Shown here: positions 31,515 through 41,961 of the stretch, piece after piece
Position numbering within the stretch: position 1 is the first letter of the stretch
How the letters are laid out: each line of letters opens with the position of its first letter
The notes under the pieces: generated by a model
What the model was told of the DNA's origin: nothing
The model's database searches: none
What the model saw: the letters and a program-made list of their open reading frames with translations, nothing else
Source: an uncultured Acidobacteriota bacterium
Lineage (GTDB): Bacteria > Acidobacteriota > Vicinamibacteria > Marinacidobacterales > SMYC01
Reading direction: 5' to 3'
Assembly: GCA_947259165.1 (NCBI GenBank)
Contig: CAMYKY010000010.1
Coordinates: 34,433-98,432 of the forward strand
DNA: 64,000 bases
Translations under genes and position numbers: made by a program

Positions 31515-31901
31515 CTAGCGCATTGCCCAGCGTTCGCCTTCCAACTCCCAAACATAGTCGTAGCTTCGTTCGAACCGCTCGGTCGCGGTGCCATCAAGCT
31601 CAGGCGTTTTACTCTCGATGACAAAGGCAATCGTTCCGGCCCACGGTTCGGCTTCGTTACCTGGCTGTTCACGGACGTCGACCGACTGGACCGTCCAACT
31701 CACGCTCACGCCGAGCGACGGGTTGACGTCCGATTCACCTTCGCGTTTCATCGTCTCGGCCTCCTCTTGCAGCAGCGGAACGACATGCTCGCGTTGCGGC
31801 GCTTCTTTCTTTGCGTCACCGCACGAGGCTGCGAGGACGAACAGGGCAGCACACAGCGCCCAGAACGAGATTTTGGATCCCACGTTGCCGATATTGCCCA
31901 T
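31515..31901 (-). CDS. Hypothetical lipoprotein
   Basis: Hydrophobic leader ending in LAASC. Confidence 0.6.
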   Translation of the reverse strand: MGNIGNVGSKISFWALCAALFVLAASCGDAKKEAPQREHVVPLLQEEAETMKREGESDVNPSLGVSVSWTVQSVDVREQPGNEAEPWAGTIAFVIESKTPELDGTATERFERSYDYVWELEGERWAMR

Positions 31902-32111
31902 AAGGAGAGGCTAGCAGAGAGGACGGTGAAATCAAACTGCTGTCGCTCGCTCGTCGGAGGTTTGACGTAGGCCGACCAGTTAGGCACACTGGATGGATAG
32001 GATCCTGGCCCTCCTCACTTGGGCGAGTTTTATCCAGCTCGAGCCTCAGCCAGCTCGACGCAAGGAGAACGCGTGCCCACAGTTGAACCCGTCGCGGCGA
32101 AGGAAGAGCCG

Positions 32112-32462
32112 ATGACAACACCAGCGCCTCGTTTCTTGCCGCTCGAGACAATATCGGTTCGGCTGGTCGGACCCAACACGACCAACAAGCGCCGAGTCTT
32201 TGGCGTCATCTCGAACATGTCGGAAACGGGCGCATGCGTGATCACGAACTTGAGCGTCCCGCAGGAAACGGACGTCCGCCTCACGATTGTCGGCGCTCGC
32301 ACCGAAGCCACGACCGTCACCGCCCACGTCATTTGGTGCGCTGAGCGATTGGAGCCCGTCAAAGAAATCGTGGGCTATTTGACCGGTGTCACTTTCGATC
32401 ACGAAACCGAAGAAACGATCCGCAAGCTTCTAGCCACCGGCATCTTCCAGCTCGTCCCGTAG
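32112..32462 (+). CDS. PilZ-like domain protein
   Basis: NMSETG (D/NxSxxG), V.W and G..F pattern; the RxxxR motif is incomplete (TPAPRF). Confidence 0.6.
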   Translation: MTTPAPRFLPLETISVRLVGPNTTNKRRVFGVISNMSETGACVITNLSVPQETDVRLTIVGARTEATTVTAHVIWCAERLEPVKEIVGYLTGVTFDHETEETIRKLLATGIFQLVP

Positions 32463-32466
32463 AGGC

Positions 32467-32553
32467 TTTTCACCACGCAGGCACGCAGCTCACGGAGGGT
32501 GCACGGAGAAATTCGTGTTTCCCTCCGCGGTCTCCGTGCCTCCGTGGTGAAAA
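32467..32553. repeat. CACGGAG-type inverted-repeat element (possible bidirectional terminator)
   Basis: TTTTCACCACG / CGTGGTGAAAA arms with internal CACGGAG / CTCCGTG units, between convergent genes. Confidence 0.65.
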
Positions 32554-32561
32554 AACGGAGT

Positions 32562-33272
32562 TTAGTGGCCGGGCTCGTAGCGGTGAACCGCCCCGGTCAC
32601 GACGGTAAACGGGTCGTGGCTCGACTTGGTCGCGGTTCGGCCCGCGCACAGCGCGAACAAGACGTTGGCTCCCTGCTGCCGAAGTCTCGCCGCACACGCC
32701 CGAAGCGTGGCGCTCCCGGTAAAGAGATAGTCGACGAGAACGACGCGACTCTCCGGCGGCAATGGCTGCAACACGGCAAGGTTCTCATAGAGCTCCGCGG
32801 CGGTCTGCTCTCGTTGGCTAGGCGGCGCCAGCGGCTCTCTCCATCGAAGCAGGTCCGTAATCGACACGTCGTCGAGACCGCTCGACGCAATCGAAATGGC
32901 CAAAAGCGACGTCCACGGACCGGCGCTCGACTCTAGAGTGGTCTTCGACGTCGGAACCGGCACGAGAGTGAAGGGCGGCTGGATGTGGCAGCCATCCAGG
33001 TACTCCGACACCATCTCGCCGAACCAATCGATGGAATCCTTCGCGTTGCGATTCGTCAACACCCGGTCTTCTGAGCCGACGGGAATCGTCGATTCGCCCC
33101 GAATGCTTTCGCCCCTCAAAGCCAGTAGAAAATTTCGAACATCATAATGCCGATTCGTCTGCTGGGACTGTTCTGCGACATAAGTAGTAAGACAAACGAC
33201 ATGAAGAGGATGAACGGCGGATTTACTTGCCTCGGCACCTTGGGCTGCTTGCTTGGACTCGAATGTCTGCAT
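32562..33272 (-). CDS. Phosphoribosyltransferase-like (ComF-type) protein with a degenerate PRPP loop
   Basis: LVPVP and VVLVDYLFTGSATL..C...L...GA; GGAGGA RBS. Confidence 0.65.
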   Translation of the reverse strand: MQTFESKQAAQGAEASKSAVHPLHVVCLTTYVAEQSQQTNRHYDVRNFLLALRGESIRGESTIPVGSEDRVLTNRNAKDSIDWFGEMVSEYLDGCHIQPPFTLVPVPTSKTTLESSAGPWTSLLAISIASSGLDDVSITDLLRWREPLAPPSQREQTAAELYENLAVLQPLPPESRVVLVDYLFTGSATLRACAARLRQQGANVLFALCAGRTATKSSHDPFTVVTGAVHRYEPGH

Positions 33273-33362
33273 CTCGCTCCTCCGAAACAAGAGACTTTGG
33301 GAAAAGTCTGACTAGACGATCTCGATCAGGCAATCTCGATCGTAGGAGGTTGGGGTAGCGGT

Positions 33363-33391
33363 ACGTTACGTTTTTTCCCCATATCTGTCAA
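33363..33391 (-). promoter_or_regulatory. Putative sigma70 promoter
   Basis: Minus strand TTGACA-N17-TAACGT upstream of the PRTase-like gene. Confidence 0.4.
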
Positions 33392-33673
33392 GGCTGTTTC
33401 GCAGGATCTTGTTCAGAGTTAATAGTTTACGGTATTCGAACAAGTGGTGCGCGGGTGATAATACCTACGCCCTTTCGCTAAATCTTCGTCGGTGTCTTTC
33501 TACTTTACCAAAACGGTAGAGTTCAACGCGGCGCTTCCAACGATTCCGCGGACGCTCACCGGTCCTCGACACCTATGTTTCATTACGGTGTACCGCGTCT
33601 TCTTGAAATCGTTGCTCCCAACCCCCAAGTTCGTGAATTCTCGTTGGTTGAAATGCCCCGCAGCCTTTGTTTT

Positions 33674-34834
33674 TCATTCGCACGAGCGCGACGGAAGAAT
33701 TTTCCCGTCGTCAACCAGTCGTCGCCAAAGTTTCCGCATTCTTCGACGGTTGACCCCGAAATCCGAGTAGCCTACCCGCGACGCCGAACGGAAATCGATG
33801 GTCTTCGACGCAGCATCGACGGCGACCTCAACGTCATCGACGAATCCAAAAACTCGCGACGAGAACTCCGAGCGCAAATAGTCGGCTTCCGACACGACCA
33901 CGACGCCCCCGAGGGCAGCAAGTGCGCGCTCAATCGCGACTCGTACTGCCGCAGCAGAGCCACCGAACCGCCGAGGCGCCATCCGCTGTCTCGATTCCCG
34001 CGCTCGGGATGAAATGCAGCTACGGTTGTTGGGACACGGCTCGAAGATCCGGCGCTTCATGAGCTCACCGTAGCCGTGACGGTAGGTCGGGTACCTGAAC
34101 ACGTACCCGGACGCTCTGAGCATCTCACTCGAACACCGTTTGCCGAGGCCATGGGTGTTCGTATCCTCGGACGGCGACGGCCCCCTCTCGTGTTCGGCAA
34201 GCCATCGGTACAAAAGCTCGCTCTCCACCGGTTCTTCGTCGATTCCCAGGTAGACCGATCTAGGCTCTGGAAGTGACATCAAGTGCACGAGCGCCCCGCA
34301 CACGTCGTCACGATGGATGAGATTGAGAAAACGGCCCGGCTGGTAGCGCGCTTCCCCCGCGCGCACGCGCGCGAGAGCCCGCGCCCGACCGGGCCCATAG
34401 ATCCCTCCAAGCCGGAGCGTGACCTGCGCCGCCGCCTCAGCCTCCAACAGCACACGACCACGGAAGTTTTGCGGAACCGTGGGAGAGTTTTCATCAACCT
34501 CGCTGCCGTCATCCTGTCCATAGACTGCGGTACTCGATGTGAAAATGAGGCGTGTCGTGGCATCGAGCTTCGACGCTACATTCCGTAGTCCCTCGACATA
34601 GATCGCCCGGTAGGCGCCCTCGCCACTCGAATCGGGCGCGGCGGTAAAAAACACCACCTCCACATCTGGAAGCTTCAGCGTCGACGGCTCGGTGATATCG
34701 GCCGCGAAGGTCTCGATGCCTTCGAGCTTGGTTGAACGCCGCTGCAGCGCATAGACCTCGTGCCCGATGTCTAGAAGCGCGAGCGCCAAATTGGATCCGA
34801 CGTAGCCGGCTCCGACGACAAGAACTCGTGCCAT
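33674..34834 (-). CDS. NAD(P)-dependent SDR/epimerase (YeeZ-like) fused to DUF1499
   Basis: GAGYVG, SSTAVYG, LRLGGIYGPGR and IHRDD; C-terminal CP...C.SS, FGFVDDVE and RSASRVGYSDFGVNRRR. Confidence 0.8.
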   Translation of the reverse strand: MARVLVVGAGYVGSNLALALLDIGHEVYALQRRSTKLEGIETFAADITEPSTLKLPDVEVVFFTAAPDSSGEGAYRAIYVEGLRNVASKLDATTRLIFTSSTAVYGQDDGSEVDENSPTVPQNFRGRVLLEAEAAAQVTLRLGGIYGPGRARALARVRAGEARYQPGRFLNLIHRDDVCGALVHLMSLPEPRSVYLGIDEEPVESELLYRWLAEHERGPSPSEDTNTHGLGKRCSSEMLRASGYVFRYPTYRHGYGELMKRRIFEPCPNNRSCISSRARESRQRMAPRRFGGSAAAVRVAIERALAALGGVVVVSEADYLRSEFSSRVFGFVDDVEVAVDAASKTIDFRSASRVGYSDFGVNRRRMRKLWRRLVDDGKILPSRSCE

Positions 34835-34917
34835 GCTTGATAGGTTCTCCCGGAACTTCGCGACAGGAGCTCTCAGAAGTAGGCCGACTCCCCGTGGCGC
34901 TGGATCATCAGGTGCCG

Positions 34918-37041
34918 CTACTGGCCATCCAGCTCCGCCAGACGAGCGCGCACCCCATCTTGGCTGGGATTGACAGACAACGATAGCTCGAACATCTCTC
35001 GAGCCTTACCCGGGCGGCCCAACTTTTGGTAGCAGTCGCCCGCAGCGTTCAGCAACGAAGCCTCCGGAGGACGAAGCGACATAGCGTGCTCGAGACGCGG
35101 CAGCGCCATCCGATACTCCTTCTCTAGATAGTACGCAAAACCGAGTCCTTCGACGACTTCCGGCTGGTCGGGAAACGTGTTTTCGATTGGCGCCAGAAGC
35201 TCGAGCGCTTCAGCGCCCCGTCCCGTGTAGAGCAGCACGCTTGCGAGCTTCCATCGAACCACGTCGGCACGGGGAGTCGCGTTGCCGAAGACCCTTCGCA
35301 GCTCGTGCTCCGCCTCACCCAAATCGCCTCGCGCAATGAATTGCTCCGAGAGCGTCAGCGCTGTGATATCAGACTCAGGTTGAGCCATGACATTGCGGTA
35401 CACGAGCGCTGGGCGTGGAAAGCTCTCGACATCAGCCACGTCGAATGCCGAGCTCTTCGTCTCCACCACGTTACCGTCCGGGTCCAGCAAATCGAACAGC
35501 ATGGAGTACGAGCCAGGGTCAACGTCGGCCATGGGTATCGGCTCGGCCGCCACCCTGCCCTGCGGGCGGATCTCGCGCTGCTGAACAACGCCATCGGCAC
35601 CGCTCACGCTGACGCGAATCGCCCCGCCGCTCGCATCGCCGGGATGGACGAGTTGAGCGAACACGTGGACTGCGCTGTCGCGCGAGAAGCGCGCGTCCCC
35701 CGCAGGAAGCACTCGAAATCCCGCTGACGCGAAGCTTCCCTGCTCTTGTGGCGAGGCGATGTCGTAGCCTACCGCCACGCCACCGAGCACCGGGCGAGTC
35801 TCGGAGAGTTGCGCAACTGACAGATTCCTTTCGACAATCGTGAAGTGCTCCCCCGCGAGATTGCGAAGCGTCACCGCGACTTGATACGCCCCCGGAATCA
35901 ACGGGAAACTGTCCTGATAGGACAGGGGCCACGCGCTCACGGCCTCGGTCTGCTCAGCGCTCAGTCGAATGTAGGCGTCACGACTCGGGATCGCGACCGA
36001 ACCGCCGGAACGAGGACGTACTTCGATATCCACGCTGAGTCGCGTCTCGAACGCGGTACCATCCTCGTTTCTCCGGAAGGTCACATCTTGCGGATCGAGC
36101 TCGATGCTGAAATGGACAAACGGCGTCCCGTCCGACTCGTACAGAACCGTCCAATAGTCCCGGCTCGAGATGTACTTGAACGAGTAGTCGGAGTCGACAC
36201 GGCTGCCGTAGCGCCGGTAGCCCTCGACGTAATCGGTGTCGATGTCGCGCGTGGCAGACTCGAGGAGAGTCGCAAGGACCGCGTTCGAGCCTTGCGATGG
36301 TCTCACGTTCAACGGAATGGCCGCGTTTTCGAATCTGCCATCCGGCGTGAGTCCGCTGTTCCTTCCGAGAAAAGCACCGACAGCCTCCGTCAGATCCACG
36401 GTGAGAGATGCGCGCGCGAGGTCCATGGATACGATTTCGAGAATGTCCACGGCGTCGTTCCGATCGTTTCGTAACCAAACGCTAGCGTTGAGAAGCGCAG
36501 CCGGACCGTCGTCGAGAGGGCTATAGAGCTCGTAGTCCCCGGTGTTATTCTCTTTGAAGAACACCAAGTTGAACCGGGGTGGAAGCCCCTCAGACGGAGA
36601 GCCGTTGTAGAACCAGATCTCAGTCGAGACAACTTCATTGCTGCCAATGAATCTGTCGACACGCTGAGGCTCTCCCAGAAGAATGTAGAAGCGGCCCCGC
36701 TCGGTCCGCGAGCCCGCCCACGTCACACCGCCGCCAAAGAGTCGATCCGAGGCTTCGAGACGCTGATAATGTTGGTCACGAAATTCGTTCGCGGGTGTCA
36801 GACGATCGGGATCCCGATGATCCCAGAACGCGTCAATGGCCTGATCCCGCTCTTCACGCGTGCCGAGACTCAGGAACAGCTCCCGCTCCGCGTCGGTGAT
36901 GATGAACGAAACTTCGTCATCCAACCACCGCCGGTGCTCGTCCGAAAGCTCAGGCCCCGCTGCCTGAGAACCCATCGAGAGAAAGAACAAAAGAGCCGTC
37001 AGCACGTAGCCGCCTTCATGGCCGAGATTCTGCCACAGCAC
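34918..37041 (-). CDS. GWxTD-domain protein with C-terminal TPRs
   Basis: W.D.EV.FII...E, FW..RDP....NEF and GSRTERGRFYI.LG.P; TPR-like helices at the C-terminus. Start may be GTG 37005. Confidence 0.8.
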   Translation of the reverse strand: MLWQNLGHEGGYVLTALLFFLSMGSQAAGPELSDEHRRWLDDEVSFIITDAERELFLSLGTREERDQAIDAFWDHRDPDRLTPANEFRDQHYQRLEASDRLFGGGVTWAGSRTERGRFYILLGEPQRVDRFIGSNEVVSTEIWFYNGSPSEGLPPRFNLVFFKENNTGDYELYSPLDDGPAALLNASVWLRNDRNDAVDILEIVSMDLARASLTVDLTEAVGAFLGRNSGLTPDGRFENAAIPLNVRPSQGSNAVLATLLESATRDIDTDYVEGYRRYGSRVDSDYSFKYISSRDYWTVLYESDGTPFVHFSIELDPQDVTFRRNEDGTAFETRLSVDIEVRPRSGGSVAIPSRDAYIRLSAEQTEAVSAWPLSYQDSFPLIPGAYQVAVTLRNLAGEHFTIVERNLSVAQLSETRPVLGGVAVGYDIASPQEQGSFASAGFRVLPAGDARFSRDSAVHVFAQLVHPGDASGGAIRVSVSGADGVVQQREIRPQGRVAAEPIPMADVDPGSYSMLFDLLDPDGNVVETKSSAFDVADVESFPRPALVYRNVMAQPESDITALTLSEQFIARGDLGEAEHELRRVFGNATPRADVVRWKLASVLLYTGRGAEALELLAPIENTFPDQPEVVEGLGFAYYLEKEYRMALPRLEHAMSLRPPEASLLNAAGDCYQKLGRPGKAREMFELSLSVNPSQDGVRARLAELDGQ

Positions 37042-37154
37042 TCATCCCGCATCCAATGTTCCACCACGGGGAGAATCACCGAGGTGAGTCCGTCCGTTCT
37101 CCGGATCCCCTCCGTGCGTCCGTCGCAACCCGTATGCCGTATGCCGTGAGCCGC

Positions 37155-40100
37155 CTAAAGCCCGATGCTTTTTCTCAGGTCAGCAACGGCACCCGCGGGG
37201 TCGTTGTATTCGCCATTCAAGGCGTCGTGGGTGGCTGACTCGAGGACCCGCTCGAGCTCGAGTAGCGCGCGCTGCGTTTCGTCGGCTGAGCGGCCCCGCC
37301 CGGCTATCTCGCGCCGAAGCTCGGCCACCCCCGCTTTTCGCGAGCACGTGAGATAAGCCCTAATCACGGTGCCGATATCGGTACCCGTCGTGCTCGTCAT
37401 CCTTTTGAAGAAATCGACGCCGGCATGATTCACGACGTGATTCACCGCTACCGTGGCGATGATCTCGCGCCGCAGTGGGTGCTCGACGAAGTAGTCGGAG
37501 AACTCATGAAGGCGGCCCGGGAAATAGTCGTGAAGCAGGGGCGCGCCTTCCTCGCTGTCAGGAAAATCGGTCTCGAGAACGCCAGAGAAGGCCCAAATCT
37601 TGACGTAGCCGAGAAGCAACGCCAATAAAGGCCGCATCAAGCCGCGCGCTTGTCCCGTCGAGTCTGACCCACCCTCGGCAGATTGCAAAGCCGCGGGCTC
37701 GCGCAACTCGCTCCACGGCGGGACATTGTCGTCAGCGCGGTTCATGACGCCTTCGTGAAGGAGCTCTCCGAGAAGATCCAGGAAGTCCTCGTAGCGCTCG
37801 GCGCTCCGCCGCCCGTCGAGGGTCAATGCGAGCGCCTGCGCCGCGTTGTCCTCGAGAACGAGGGAGGCGACGTCCTCCGTCATATCCAGAAAGATGCGAT
37901 CACGTTCCTTCCTGTTCGAAAGCGCGCCCTGTTTCACGAGCACGTCCATCAGTATCTTGATGTTCACCTCATGGTCGGACATGTCGACGCCACCCGAATT
38001 GTCCACGGCATCGGTGTTGACGATGCCGCCTTTAGCCCAGTATTCGAGGCGAGCCTTCTGCGTCAACCCTAGATTGCCCCCTTCGCCGATCACTTTTGCT
38101 CGAACCTCAACGGCATTGACGCGGACTCGATCGTTCGCGCGATCGCCGGCGTGAAGATGTTCCTCGCTGGTCGCCTTGAGGTATGTTCCAATCCCGCCGT
38201 TGTAGAGCAGGTCGACAGGTGCCTTGAGAACGCACCGGATCATCTCCTCACCACTGACCCGATCGGCCTCGATCTGCAACACGGCCTTGATTTCGGGTGT
38301 GACCGCGATCGCCTTCGCCGAGCGATCGAAGATGCCCCCGCCTTCGCTGATCACCGATGAGTCGTAGTCCCGCCAGCTCGAGCGCGAGAGCCGAAAGAGC
38401 CGCTCGCGTTCTTCGAAGCTCTTCTCGGGGTCAGGATTCGGATCGACGAAGATGTGGACATGATTGAAGGCCGCCACGAGCTTGATCGCCCGAGAGCTGA
38501 GCATGCCGTTGCCGAAAACGTCCCCGTTCATGTCGCCAATACCGACGACGGTGAAGAGATCCTTGGCCACGTCCGTGCCGAGGTTGTGGAAGTGGTGTTT
38601 GATGCACTCCCACGCGCCACGAGCAGTGATGCCTACTTTCTTGTGGTCATAACCCACACTGCCGCCGGACGCGAACGCGTCACCAAGCCAGAAACCGTAA
38701 TGCTTGGCAACGGAGTTGGCCGTATCGGAAAGGTGTGCCGTACCCTTGTCGGCAGCCACGACGAGGTAGGGGTCATCGCCATCGTGGCGAACGACCTCGG
38801 GTGGATGGCCTACTTTGCCATCCACCATGTTGTCGGTAACGTCGAGAAGCCCAGAGATGAATTCCCGATAGCGGTCGACGAGGTAGCCGTCGAGCGCGGG
38901 GTGAGGCGGCAGTTCCCCTTTTAGGACGAAGCCACCCTTCGAGCCCACGGGCACGATGATCGAGTTCTTGACCATCTGCGTCTTCTGAAGATCGAGCACT
39001 TCGGTACGGAAGTCATCGTGCCGATCGCTCCACCGAATACCACCTCGCGCAACACGACCGCCCCGAAGATGAATTCCCTCGAGCTTGCGGGAGCGAACAT
39101 AGATCTCGAACATCGGGCTCGGCGACGGCATCCCTTCGACCTTGGCGCTTTCTACTTTCATGACGAACACAGGTCGTTCGGGTCGCTGGTAGAAGTTCGT
39201 GCGCGTGGTCGACGCGATAAGGTTCGAAAACGCTCGCAACACTTCGTCGTCCACGAGGCTTCCCACATCATCCAACGCTCGCTGCAAATCAATCTCCGCC
39301 TGACTCTCGATTTCCTCACGCTCGCCGTCGAAAGCGGGGTCGAAGCGCGCCTCGAAGGCTCTAAAGAGTGCTCGCGCCGCTGACGCGTTGGAGAGCAAAA
39401 CGCCGTTAACGGTCTCGAAATTGTAGTGTGGTCGAATTTGCTGCAGGTGCGCGCGAAGCGTACGCAATACCTCCACCTGTCTCCATTCGAGCTCGGCCGT
39501 CAATATCAACGCATTGAGAGAGCCGTCGGTCGCTCGTTTTTCATCAAGGGCGCGAAGCGCGTGCGCGAGCCGGCCGGTACCAGCTAACAGCACGGCGATG
39601 CGCTCTGCGGTGTCTTCGATTTCGTAGCGGTGCATGTGCGCGGTGCGTCGCGACGGAAGCCGGATGGGAATGTGAAGCTCGTCAGTAACGCCGAGTCCCA
39701 GGTTTCGAAGCGTCGTCAGGGTCTCGATGAAGTTCAGGGGTTTGGCGGAGTAGGTCTTGATCGTCGCGTGCTCGGGCGATCGCGGGACGACAGCGATCTG
39801 AAGACGAGCATCGAGTTGTTCCAAGTGCCCGACGTCAAAGGGAACTTCTTCGGCCGGCGTCGCTTCCCGATAGATCCCGCTTCTCGTGTCGTAGGTGATC
39901 CAACGGCCAAACAACAGCCGCCCCTCTCGTTCTCCGAACGCTTCCGTCAACGCTCGAGAAACGACGTCCTTCCACGTCGTGATGGTCTCTTCGGTGACCC
40001 TGAGTGCCACGTCCTCGTCGATCGGATGCTCCAACCGATCGAGATCGAAATAGAAAACCAGAACCTCTACGGCGCCCGCGTTCTCCGAAGCGGTGAAGCC

Positions 40101-41471
40101 GACGGGGCCGAAGCGCTCGGTGAACGCGCGCTCCAGCGAATTCGCACATTCGTGAGAGTAGCGCAGCTTCGAGAACGCGAGATAAAGTACTGCGTAACCG
40201 GGGCCGAGCCGGTGGTGCACGGCGATCTCGTCATCTCCGGTGATGTGGACGATGCGATCGAAAAACGGTTTCAACTCCGTCGCCGGAGCATAGAAGAGCT
40301 CGCGGCGCGGAAAGCGGTTGAACAACGCACGCACCTGTCGAAACGCGTGCGACATCGACGCGGCACCGCTCCTGTCGATGAGCCAACGCCGTTTTTCCCG
40401 CAACAGTGGGACGTCCGCCGCGCGTTGCGCGAACGAGCCTTGCGAGAATCGTCCGAGCAGAAACGTCGCCTGCTCGAGTTTGCCGTTCCCTCCCCAGTGG
40501 CGGATGACAATGTCGTCGATCGGTTCGAGATGGTAGATCGCCGACGCGTTAGAGCAGTAGTCGATCTCGATAATGCGCTCGTCGTCCGGTGCCGGAACCA
40601 ACTGGCTTTCGACCTCTTCGACGAGCCCGGGAAAAACGACCGGCAACAGGGCTGGATCGCGAAACGCGCCCAGCGCGCTCTCGGCGATTCGGTCTCCTGT
40701 GCCGTCCGGCGCAATACGGTAGCTCATGAGCCCCATGAGGATGAAATTTTCGTCCGTGAGCCATTTCAAGAACGCCCGCGCCGGCTCGAGATCCTCGGCC
40801 TTGTCGCTGCGGGATCTCATATCTCCCGTGATTTCCGAGACTGTATTCGTCATCTCTTCGAAATCCTCGAGCGCGAGGAACAGGCATTTCAGCACCGAGA
40901 AAATCTCGTGCTGGACGCGCCGCAGCCGCTCTTTCGATTCGATATGCTCGATCCGGAAGCGGCACAAAAGCTCCTTGTCGCCCTCGGCGTGGGCATCGCC
41001 AATCCACTCGACCCGCTCCCACTGCCGCCGGACGGTAAGAATCGGATGGAAGGCCGAGAACACACGCAAGCCAGCCTTGCGAAAATAGTTCATCAGGCTG
41101 TCGAAGATGAAGGGAGCGTCGTGCGTATGGGTCTCGACAATGGTCGTATCCATTGGGATCGTTTTACCGCCCACCGAAGGAAGCCACTCCTCCTCGACCG
41201 AGTGGCGCGCAACGACATGAAGGCCCGGCAGGCCCCGATAAAGCTGCGGCGGCGGCGGGAGTTCTTTGACAAAGAACCGAAAATTGTCCGCGAGCCGGTT
41301 AGCCAGATTCGGCGCGGAGACACCTTCGATCATCCACTCGGGGAGCCCGCCATAGACAACTTTGGCGAAGGACTCCACGAGCTCCCAATTCTCGTCCGCT
41401 TTGATTTTTTTGAGATGCTCGAGGACTTCGTCGAGCTTGCGCTGTTTGTCTTCCGAGCTAACGCTTGGCAT
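37155..41471 (-). CDS. gdhB: Large NAD-specific glutamate dehydrogenase
   Basis: EGIHLRGGRVARGGIRWSDR, DDPYLVVAADKGTA, YDHKKVGITARGAW, GIGDMNGDVFGNG and DNSGGV. Confidence 0.93.
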   Translation of the reverse strand: MPSVSSEDKQRKLDEVLEHLKKIKADENWELVESFAKVVYGGLPEWMIEGVSAPNLANRLADNFRFFVKELPPPPQLYRGLPGLHVVARHSVEEEWLPSVGGKTIPMDTTIVETHTHDAPFIFDSLMNYFRKAGLRVFSAFHPILTVRRQWERVEWIGDAHAEGDKELLCRFRIEHIESKERLRRVQHEIFSVLKCLFLALEDFEEMTNTVSEITGDMRSRSDKAEDLEPARAFLKWLTDENFILMGLMSYRIAPDGTGDRIAESALGAFRDPALLPVVFPGLVEEVESQLVPAPDDERIIEIDYCSNASAIYHLEPIDDIVIRHWGGNGKLEQATFLLGRFSQGSFAQRAADVPLLREKRRWLIDRSGAASMSHAFRQVRALFNRFPRRELFYAPATELKPFFDRIVHITGDDEIAVHHRLGPGYAVLYLAFSKLRYSHECANSLERAFTERFGPVGFTASENAGAVEVLVFYFDLDRLEHPIDEDVALRVTEETITTWKDVVSRALTEAFGEREGRLLFGRWITYDTRSGIYREATPAEEVPFDVGHLEQLDARLQIAVVPRSPEHATIKTYSAKPLNFIETLTTLRNLGLGVTDELHIPIRLPSRRTAHMHRYEIEDTAERIAVLLAGTGRLAHALRALDEKRATDGSLNALILTAELEWRQVEVLRTLRAHLQQIRPHYNFETVNGVLLSNASAARALFRAFEARFDPAFDGEREEIESQAEIDLQRALDDVGSLVDDEVLRAFSNLIASTTRTNFYQRPERPVFVMKVESAKVEGMPSPSPMFEIYVRSRKLEGIHLRGGRVARGGIRWSDRHDDFRTEVLDLQKTQMVKNSIIVPVGSKGGFVLKGELPPHPALDGYLVDRYREFISGLLDVTDNMVDGKVGHPPEVVRHDGDDPYLVVAADKGTAHLSDTANSVAKHYGFWLGDAFASGGSVGYDHKKVGITARGAWECIKHHFHNLGTDVAKDLFTVVGIGDMNGDVFGNGMLSSRAIKLVAAFNHVHIFVDPNPDPEKSFEERERLFRLSRSSWRDYDSSVISEGGGIFDRSAKAIAVTPEIKAVLQIEADRVSGEEMIRCVLKAPVDLLYNGGIGTYLKATSEEHLHAGDRANDRVRVNAVEVRAKVIGEGGNLGLTQKARLEYWAKGGIVNTDAVDNSGGVDMSDHEVNIKILMDVLVKQGALSNRKERDRIFLDMTEDVASLVLEDNAAQALALTLDGRRSAERYEDFLDLLGELLHEGVMNRADDNVPPWSELREPAALQSAEGGSDSTGQARGLMRPLLALLLGYVKIWAFSGVLETDFPDSEEGAPLLHDYFPGRLHEFSDYFVEHPLRREIIATVAVNHVVNHAGVDFFKRMTSTTGTDIGTVIRAYLTCSRKAGVAELRREIAGRGRSADETQRALLELERVLESATHDALNGEYNDPAGAVADLRKSIGL

Positions 41472-41658
41472 GGTGTGACTGGTATCTCCGGATCGAAACT
41501 CGGGTGCAATCCCTTAGTGTAGACCGGTCGCGGGCACGATGCCACGACTAGCGAGACTTTCGACAATGCCCAGGTCAGCTCCACGACCTTCTAACGTTAA
41601 TTTTGAACCGAAGGTTGGACCTGTCCGGCTCGGTTGTGCTCCCGCCGAAGAGAGTTCT

Positions 41659-41792
41659 TCGTTCCCGTTCCCGTTCCCGTTCTCGACTAAGAATGTCCAG
41701 ACCCGTCGGCGAGCGGAGCTCGCCGCGATCAGTCCGTGGTCACGTGAACATCTTTAATCGGGAACGGGAACGGGAACGGGAACGGGAAACGA
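41659..41792. repeat. Hexamer (TTCCCG/CGGGAA) tandem inverted-repeat element
   Basis: TCGTTCCCGTTCCCGTTCCCGTTCTCGA ... TCGGGAACGGGAACGGGAACGGGAACGGGAAACGA. Confidence 0.75.
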
Positions 41793-41961
41793 AAAGACTT
41801 CATAATGTTGCTAGGTGCGAGGAATACGGACGTCGGAGGCGCAACGGTCAACCAGAGATTTCAGGAGCTCCGGTGATTGGAAATCGGACCGGGCACGGAT
41901 GGGGTACGAACAGGGGAGAAGTGACAGGGCCGGAGAGAGACACCTCCCCCCGGCCCAACGC

